A stretch of 64,000 bases of DNA from the human T2T-CHM13v2.0 reference genome, Homo sapiens: assembly GCF_009914755.1 (NCBI RefSeq), contig NC_060931.1. The stretch is one strand, 5' to 3'. The notes under the pieces were generated by a model. The model was not told where the DNA came from, made no database searches, and worked only from the letters and a program-made list of their open reading frames with translations. Below, piece by piece: positions 54,456 to 64,000 of the stretch. A program made the translations under genes and the position numbers. The stretch's first letter is position 1. Every line of letters starts with the position of its first letter.

Positions 54456-54659
54456 TTTTGCTAAACATTTGTTAGGGACAACTAAAACACTTCTAATACA
54501 CTAACCATCAATGTTTCTTGTATGTTAGGAGTGAACTGAAAGAAAATCTTCCGCTTTTGCTAAACAATTGTTAGGAACAACTAAGACACTTCTAATATAC
54601 TAACTATCAATGTTTCTTGTATATTAGGAGTGAACTGAAAGAAAATCTTCAGCTTTTGC
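54456..54659. repeat. 99-bp tandem duplication
   Basis: ttttgctaaaca...ggagtgaactgaaagaaaatcttc(c/a)gc occurs twice, 99 bp apart, with several substitutions. Confidence 0.92.
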
Positions 54660-55162
54660 ACTTTTTAAAATCAAGACACATTTTGGAAATGCAGAGTAGT
54701 TTTCTGGAGCTTAAGGATTGGACCAAATGGTCCCCCATTGCCACTTTTTAACTTCAATTGCCAATACACTTTCTCCTCTCTGTCTCATCTCAATCTGTAC
54801 TACTAAAAACTCATATTCAAAAAGCAAAAGAATGCTCACTCAGATTTTTACAAATCTATCTACATGAGGAGAGAAAGTTTTAACTTGCTTGAGGGAGTAA
54901 TTTGTTGAAACGTTATTCTTCCAGAAAAAGTAAATCATTGTGCTTCATTTCATATTTGTCTAGCATTTTCTATCATATGGTTGGTGTCCACTTTGATAAA
55001 CGACTCTTCCTAATTTGTAAAATGATCATGCGTTTAAAGGAAATTAATCCAAGTTCCCACTATTCTGTCAAGTACTAAAAAGCAGCTTTTGTTCCATTTG
55101 GTGGATGACTCTGTCAGCCACTTCGTTCATTCTGTATCCCTAAATAGTAACCATACATTTAA

Positions 55163-55237
55163 CCCATTTATGCCTGAGGTTGCAGTTTTTTGAACTTTTG
55201 TAATCAGAACTTGGCGATGACCTTGAGCAGTAGGATA
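55163..55237. mobile_element. Truncated MER85 (piggyBac/PGBD3-derived MITE)
   Basis: TTAA followed by cccatttatgcctgaggttgcagttttttgaacttttgtaatcagaacttggcgatgaccttgagcagtaggata, matching one half of the MER85 consensus as recalled. Confidence 0.8.
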
Positions 55238-56137
55238 TTAAAAAGCTTATGAAAAAGTGGTATCTGAATCTCTGTAGATCATTCGCCAGAAAATTTTGTG
55301 GATCTGCTGAGATTCAACATTATAGCGACACTAGCCTGACTGGGATAACGCTTTGGTGGCTTTACAGAACATTTTCACACACTCTGCCCACTTTAACCTG
55401 TACAACTATTAGTGACGTAAGCATTCCCTGCCATAGCCAGGAAAACTAAGATGCAGAATTGTTTTTCTGGACTCACCATTAGCAGAGGTCAGGCTTGCCC
55501 TCGAACTTAGCCTTGTGACTCCGAAGTTCTGGGCTCTGTTCCTGGAAGCAGAGCAGGTCCCCCTTAGAGGTATGGGTGCTACAGTGACCCATCGCACAGG
55601 CAAGCTGGGGGTCCCCATCCCGTACTGGCTTGGGGGAGGTGGGCAAGTCACTGCATCTCTGAGCGTCCATCTTCCTTCCTGAAAACTGAGAATAGTAATA
55701 TTTAGCCCTCACAAGAGTGTCTTGAGGAATAAACACAACTCAAACAAAAACACTTGACAGACTCAAAAAGTACCATGCAGACGCTAGAAATGACTAGAAT
55801 GATGGTCATCTAGGGAGAGAATCTAGGTTTTATTTTAGAGCCTAGAACCTCATCCACACCTGCATGGGGTGGTCGGCATTCAGTTACTTCCATGGTGTTT
55901 GAGGTTAAAGCTGATTTAGGAGGGGTGGGTGGGTTGACAGACTGCTGCAATGGTTTACTTATTTGCTTGTTTTTAACTCCCCTAGCATTTCTGAGAGTGA
56001 TCCATTTACACTCATTCTGCCAAGATGAGAGAAAACTCGGAGGTTGTGATGTCAGATGACCAGGGCATTATCCCCCCTGAGGGCAGAAACTGTCAAACTT
56101 GTCATTTCGTCTGACTCGTGACTTGTGTTTTTTTCAG

Positions 56138-56240
56138 ATCGGACGTCCATCGTCCACCCTCCTGAGGACCACGTGGTGATTAAGGGGACCACGGCCACGC
56201 TGCACTGTGGTGCCACACATGACCCCCGGGTTTCACTCCG
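56138..56240 (+). CDS. SDK1: SDK1 coding exon (~exon 12), N-terminal part of Ig6
   Basis: tttttttcag| ... CCG|gtcagc; 103 nt. (N)[33 protein letters not shown](R). Confidence 0.95.
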
Positions 56241-56743
56241 GTCAGCACAATCAGTTACAATGCTTTGGGGCTTGTTGATATTCTGTGAGTTTCTGAAGTG
56301 AAGTTGAGATGAGGAGGAAGAATTGGGGGAACTTTTGATTTCAGCAGCAGGTCCCTGATTACGGTATCTTCTGGTTGTGGGCACCGTCATTAATCATGCA
56401 AATCCCATTTTCCACTCCAGCCTTATGTGTTATTTACAGTGAGCTATGTTCCACTTCATGACGTTAATGCTGCTTTTCATGATTTTTCCTGCCAAGGTTA
56501 ATACACTATCTGTAAAACGTACTTGTCAGAGGCTGATACTCAATGAGAGAAAAATCCAGGGGGATCGACTAGGATTCAGCATTGTTTACACGGGGGCTGT
56601 GCCACTCCCGGGAGAGTTCTTTACTCTCGGGATAGTTTCATCGTGAAATGGAGGGGGAGGGAGTCCTGTGCATGGGACAAAGTCACCCACAGCCCCCAGT
56701 GCACTAATAGGAAGGTGCATGCCAAGAGGGAGGCCAGATGTGA

Positions 56744-57050
<307 letters not shown>

Positions 57051-58168
57051 AAGGGTTCTCTAAAGGAATGCCGACATCCTGTCTTTGTTTAAATTCGGGC
57101 CAGGAAAGTAACTGCAAAATATGAGACTCCAGGTGAAGTTGTGGTGGCAGACAGGTGGGCATCAGTGGGGAGCTGTTCCCTGAAGAGCAGCCACCTTCAG
57201 GATAATTTTAAATTTTTGGAATCAGCCTTGAAAATAAAAAAGGAAATATCCAGTCATCAGAGTATTTCCACTCTGGCCTTAGCCCAGAAGGGGCACAGTG
57301 CATGAGTCGAATGGGCAGACTACTCAAGATGCCCTGCTGCTTTCTGGGGCCTCTCACCCCGAGCAGAGGGGACAGCTGTGGGTGCACAGTCAGCAGCGGG
57401 ACGCGGAGACTCGGCTGTTCTCTCGCGCTTCTTGAGCGGGTGTTTGGCCAATTGTAAATTTCCATGTCGCCACCCGACTCCCTGGGGTTTCCCAGGGCTC
57501 AGAATCCAAATTTGGTTTAGGTACGTGGGTGCCGAATGCAAAACAAAACAAGCAAAACAAAAACCAGCAAGTGAAAGACGACCTAGGACCCCCCTGGGGG
57601 CCACCCTGGAGACGGTCGTCAGGCCTCGGAAAGAGCTCCTTCCTAAATGATTTGGAGTATGACTTCAAGGAAGTCTGCTTTTCTGCTACTCTGACAGCTC
57701 AGAAAGAACCCCCTCGGATCCCTGTGGTTTCGTAGTAGCTTGTTATATGTGATTAAATTGGAGGCCCCTTCCTCAGATGGAACTGGGTTACTCGCTCTCG
57801 GGGTGCCCCTCGTCCCAGGGTTGCTCTGCCCTGAGGAGCGCCAGGCTGTAAGTGACCAGCCAGCCAGATGCGATGCCCCGGCGTGAGCAGTCTATCCATC
57901 TCCCTCTTGTGGAATCAGCCCTGTTCTATCTCAGGGTAATTGCTGAGAAGGTAGTTTGTAAATGTCTGTGCTTATGACTATGAAGTCTTTAAAGAACTGG
58001 GCACATTTGCAAAACCCGATCAAATTATTGTGGAAAAGAAAAACAGCACTTTCATTCCATATAGCAATGAGTGCTGGCCCTGCCCGTGGTCATCTAAAGA
58101 CTGGGCAGGCTCTCAATTGATTGTGTATTTGAAAAGAAAAATGTGCTCAAATTGCTACAGATAGATTA

Positions 58169-58897
<729 letters not shown>

Positions 58898-59040
58898 TCA
58901 CTCTTTTAAAGAGCACAGTTCAGTGGTTTTTAAAGTCCATTCACAAGATTGTTAGTTGCTTGCTTTTTAAGAGACAGGGAAGGAGCAGTGATTCTGTCAC
59001 TGTGGGGTTTGTAACTCAAGACCCTTTGCTTGGCCCACAG

Positions 59041-59217
59041 CTACGTTTGGAAGAAGGACAACGTGGCCCTGACTCCATCGAGCACGTCTAGGATCGTGGT
59101 GGAGAAGGACGGGTCCCTTCTCATCAGCCAGACGTGGTCAGGCGACATCGGTGACTACAGCTGCGAGATTGTTTCTGAAGGAGGGAATGACTCCAGGATG
59201 GCCCGGCTGGAAGTGAT
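59041..59217 (+). CDS. SDK1: SDK1 coding exon (~exon 13), C-terminal part of Ig6
   Basis: ggcccacag| ... GAT|gtgagt; 177 nt. YVWKKDNVALTPSSTSRIVVEKDGSLLISQTWSGDIGDYSCEIVSEGGNDSRMARLEV. Confidence 0.96.
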
Positions 59218-60569
59218 GTGAGTACTGAGACGTTTGGTGTTAGCCAGTCCGCGGTTTTCTCCGTTACTGTGCCCCTGTTAGTGACTGCCACTTCACAAGT
59301 GTCACGCCCGGCTTGTGTCCCAAGTCAGCGGTCAGAGGCCAGCGCATCATGCTGCATAACTACATATATGGACAAGGTTTTTTTGTGGTTTCTTTCAACT
59401 TCGGAATTGAGAAGTTTCGTTTTTGGTGTAGATGGTGTGATCATTGGTTTTTATTTCAGTTGATCCTTTTTGTCATATTTTTCCCGTGGACACCTTATCC
59501 TGATAGGCCCTGTTTACCACTCTGCGCTTAAGTAGCAAGTTCATTTTTCCACATAATACCCTTGAGAGCCTCCAGTCCATGAGAGATGCTGGAGTGGGAC
59601 TGCTGAGGCGAGGTCGTTCCCGTGAAAGCCACCTAGACTTGGGGTTTCAGTGAGTCCCAGCTGCCCCTCCGTGGGTAAATAGATACTTTAAGTTAAGTCT
59701 TGTGAAATCTTGAAAACAGAAAGCAACTGCCCGTTACTTCCAATCTGGACCTTCCTGGGGGTTCCAAAGAGCCCAGGCGGGAAACCGTCAATCTCCCCCG
59801 TCTCTGCTCTCTTTCTCCCTCCACTCCCCTCTCTATTCATGGAGCAGGAAACCAAAATACCTGCTGACACATTTTATTTTTCTGACATGTATTTATTTGC
59901 TTTTTAAAAGTTGTGCCATCTCAATATTCCGTGAGTGCATGAGTACAAAAATAAAACCTGAAAATAAAGAATCCCAACCGAGCACTCATCAAGGCAGTGG
60001 CCAGCTCCAGGGACACACCCAGCGCATCCGTCCCTGGTCATCGTTTGACATGCTGGGCCTTTCGACAAAGGCAATCTTGAGAGATTTTTCCTCACTGGAC
60101 CCTGCCCCCTTTGATCCAGGAAAGATTCTGTATTCAAAATCATTCCCCACAAATAGAATTTGAACACTCCGAGTATAGGAGCCGTGACTCATTGATCCCT
60201 GAATCCCAAGACTCCAGCTGAGGGGATTAAAAATGAAAAGAATGCTTGCTAAGTGCTAAGCATGTGGCTTCTGTGTCTGCCACACGCATGTGGAAATGAG
60301 TGAACTCACAAACAGCTTTCCTGTAGTCCCTATTTGTGGATATAAAAGGTTCACGATGTGTAGCAGTCAGTCCGGAAGGCCCTGTGGTGTCATCAGTACC
60401 TGAAAAACATCCCATCCCAACTCCTGTTCTGTCTCCTTCCAGGATGACCCCTTGTTCTCTTTAGATAGCAGAGGTAATTGTGGTTAGTTAGGAAGCGGCA
60501 GGAGTCCCCATGGCTCTACAGAATCAGCCGGCGGCAGTGGTGCGGGGGTCCTGGTGCTGCAGCTGCAAA

Positions 60570-63500
60570 GCTGCCACGTAGAGGGTCCTCCAGAGAATCA
60601 CTGAGGGTCCCGGGGCTGAGGCTGCCACGCAGAGGGTCCTCCAGAGAATCACTGAGGGTCCCGGGGCTGAGGCTGCCACGCAGAGGGTCCTCCAGAGAAT
60701 CACTGAGGGTCCCGGGGCTGAGGCTGCCACGCAGAGGGTCCTCCAGAGAATCACTGAGGGTCCCGGGGCTGAGGCTGCCACGCAGAGGGTCCTCCAGAGA
60801 ATCACTGAGGGTCCCGGGGCTGAGGCTGCCACGCAGAGGGTCCTCCAGAGAATCACTGAGGGTCCCGGGGCTGAGGCTGCCACGCAGAGGGTCCTCCAGA
60901 GAATCACTGAGGGTCCCGGGGCTGAGGCTGCCACGCAGAGGGTCCTCCAGAGAATCACTGAGGGTCCCGGGGCTGAGGCTGCCACGCAGAGGGTCCTCCA
61001 GAGAATCACTGAGGGTCCCGGGGCTGAGGCTGCCACGCAGAGGGTCCTCCAGAGAATCACTGGGGGTCCCGGGGCTGAGGCTGCCACGCAGACGGTCCTC
61101 CAGAGAATCACTGAGGGTCCCGGGGCTGAGGCTGCCACGCAGAGGGTCCTCCAGAGAATCACTGGGGGTCCCGGGGCTGAGGCTGCCACACAGAGGGTCC
61201 TCCAGAGAATCACTGAGGGTCCCGGGGCTGAGGCTGCCACACAGGGGGCCCTCCAGAGAATCACTGAGGGTCCCGGGGCTGAGGCTGCCACGCAGAGGGC
61301 CCTCCAGAGAATCACTGAGGGTCCCGGGGCTGAGGCTGCCACGCAGAGGGCCCTCCAGAGAATCACTGGGGGTCCCGGGGCTGAGGCTGCCACGCAGAGG
61401 GTCCTCCAGAGAATCACTGAGGGTCCCGGGGCTGAGGCTGCCACGCAGAGGGTCCTCCAGAGAATCACTGAGGGTCCCGGGGCTGAGGCTGCCACACAGG
61501 GGGCCCTCCAGAGAATCACTGGGGGTCCCGGGGCTGAGGCTGCCACGCAGAGGGTCCTCCAGAGAATCACTGAGGGTCCCGGGGCTGAGGCTGCCACGCA
61601 GAGGGTCCTCCAGAGAATCACTGAGGGTCCCGGGGCTGAGGCTGCCACACAGGGGGCCCTCCAGAGAATCACTGGGGGTCCCGGGGCTGAGGCTGCCACG
61701 CAGAGGGTCCTCCAGAGAATCACTGAGGGTCCCGGGGCTGAGGCTGCCACGCAGAGGGTCCTCCAGAGAATCACTGAGGGTCCCGGGGCTGAGGCTGCCA
61801 CGCAGAGGGTCCTCCAGAGAATCACTGAGGGTCCCGGGGCTGAGGCTGCCACGCAGAGGGTCCTCCAGAGAATCACTGAGGGTCCCGGGGCTGAGGCTGC
61901 CACGCAGAGGGTCCTCCAGAGAATCACTGAGGGTCCCGGGGCTGAGGCTGCCACGCAGAGGGTCCTCCAGAGAATCACTGAGGGTCCCGGGGCTGAGGCT
62001 GCCACGCAGAGGGTCCTCCAGAGAATCACTGAGGGTCCCGGGGCTGAGGCTGCCACGCAGAGGGTCCTCCAGAGAATCACTGAGGGTCCCGGGGCTGAGG
62101 CTGCCACGCAGAGGGTCCTCCAGAGAATCACTGAGGGTCCCGGGGCTGAGGCTGCCACGCAGAGGGTCCTCCAGAGAATCACTGAGGGTCCCGGGGCTGA
62201 GGCTGCCACGCAGAGGGTCCTCCAGAGAATCACTGAGGGTCCCGGGGCTGAGGCTGCCACGCAGAGGGTCCTCCAGAGAATCACTGGGGGTCCCGGGGCT
62301 GAGGCTGCCACGCAGACGGTCCTCCAGAGAATCACTGAGGGTCCCGGGGCTGAGGCTGCCACGCAGAGGGTCCTCCAGAGAATCACTGGGGGTCCCGGGG
62401 CTGAGGCTGCCACACAGAGGGTCCTCCAGAGAATCACTGAGGGTCCCGGGGCTGAGGCTGCCACACAGGGGGCCCTCCAGAGAATCACTGAGGGTCCCGG
62501 GGCTGAGGCTGCCACGCAGAGGGCCCTCCAGAGAATCACTGAGGGTCCCGGGGCTGAGGCTGCCACGCAGAGGGCCCTCCAGAGAATCACTGGGGGTCCC
62601 GGGGCTGAGGCTGCCACGCAGAGGGTCCTCCAGAGAATCACTGAGGGTCCCGGGGCTGAGGCTGCCACGCAGAGGGTCCTCCAGAGAATCACTGAGGGTC
62701 CCGGGGCTGAGGCTGCCACACAGGGGGCCCTCCAGAGAATCACTGGGGGTCCCGGGGCTGAGGCTGCCACGCAGAGGGTCCTCCAGAGAATCACTGAGGG
62801 TCCCGGGGCTGAGGCTGCCACGCAGAGGGTCCTCCAGAGAATCACTGAGGGTCCCGGGGCTGAGGCTGCCACACAGGGGGCCCTCCAGAGAATCACTGGG
62901 GGTCCCGGGGCTGAGGCTGCCACGCAGACGGTCCTCCAGAGAATCACTGAGGGTCCCGGGGCTGAGGCTGCCACGCAGACGGTCCTCCAGAGAATCACTG
63001 AGGGTCCCGGGGCTGAGGCTGCCACGCAGAGGGTCCTCCAGAGAATCACTGGGGGTCCCGGGGCTGAGGCTGCCACGCAGACGGTCCTCCAGAGAATCAC
63101 TGAGGGTCCCGGGGCTGAGGCTGCCACGCAGACGGTCCTCCAGAGAATCACTGGGGGTCCCGGGGCTGAGGCTGCCACGCAGACGGTCCTCCAGAGAATC
63201 ACTGAGGGTCCCGGGGCTGAGGCTGCCACGCAGAGGGTCCTCCAGAGAATCACTGGGGGTCCCGGGGCTGAGGCTGCCACGCAGACGGTCCTCCAGAGAA
63301 TCACTGGGGGTCCCGGGGCTGAGGCTGCCACGCAGAGGGTCCTCCAGAGAATCACTGAGGGTCCCGGGGCTGAGGCTGCCACGCAGAGGGTCCTCCAGAG
63401 AATCACTGAGGGTCCCGGGGCTGAGGCTGCCACGCAGAGGGTCCTCCAGAGAATCACTGAGGGTCCCGGGGCTGAGGCTGCCACGCAGAGGGTCCTCCAG

Positions 63501-64000
63501 AGAATCACTGAGGGTCCCGGGGCTGAGGCTGCCACGCAGAGGGTCCTCCAGAGAATCACTGAGGGTCCCGGGGCTGAGGCTGCCATGCAGAGGGTCCTCC
63601 AGAGAATCACTGAGGGTCCCGGGGCTGAGGCTGCCACGCAGAGGGTCCTCCAGAGAATCACTGAGGGTCCCGGGGCTGAGGCTGCCACGCAGAGGGTCCT
63701 CCAGAGAATCACTGGGGGTCCCGGGGCTGAGGCTGCCACGCAGAGGGTCCTCCAGAGAATCACTGAGGGTCCCAGGGCTGAGGCTGCCACGCAGAGGGTC
63801 CTCCAGAGAATCACTGAGGGTCCCGGGGCTGAGGCTGCCACGCAGAGGGTCCTCCAGAGAATCACTGAGGGTCCCGGGGCTGAGGCTGCCACGCAGAGGG
63901 TCCTCCAGAGAATCACTGAGGGTCCCGGGGCTGAGGCTGCCACGCAGAGGGTCCTCCAGAGAATCACTGGGGGTCCCGGGGCTGAGGCTGCCACGCAGAG
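60570..64000. repeat. 51-bp GC-rich VNTR, ~67 copies, continuing past the window end
   Basis: Unit gctgccacgcagagggtcctccagagaatcactgagggtcccggggctgag (34/51 GC). Substitutions only, no indels. Confidence 0.98.

Noticed and set aside
60524-63994. 1156-aa minus-strand ORF as a real protein-coding gene
   Set aside because: It is the translation of a 17-codon VNTR. The start is a GTG at the window edge, there is no domain or splice structure, and open frames are expected in a GC-rich 3n repeat.

Overview
Primate (very probably human) genomic DNA from inside the SDK1 (Sidekick-1) gene, on the + strand. Positions 1-35.6 kb are the 3' part of one large intron. Eight GT-AG coding exons follow (35593-59217). 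They splice into one open frame encoding Ig domains 3-6 ([20 protein letters not shown]...DSRMARLEV). The exon numbers 6-13 are from memory of the reference transcript. The rest is intronic: about 17 Alus, L1/L2/MIR fragments, ERV1/MaLR LTRs, hAT/Tigger/piggyBac relics and several tandem repeats. Almost all ORFs in the supplied track are non-genic (Alu, L1, low-complexity or VNTR artefacts). The most notable observations are: (1) an 83-bp VNTR grown out of the exon-9 splice donor, carrying 11 exact decoy donors that show covarying hairpin-forming bases absent from the real donor; (2) a >3.4-kb 51-bp VNTR with a 24-unit higher-order duplication and a sense ATG-led frame closed only by a TAG in its first copy; (3) an inverted-Alu-flanked 303-nt exon pair that would form a stop-free circRNA with a strong Kozak ATG; (4) a candidate cryptic exon or microexon at the Ig2-Ig3 junction; (5) a half MER85 bracketed by TTAA. 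All functional interpretations are hypotheses. Repeat family names were assigned by eye, not by database search.
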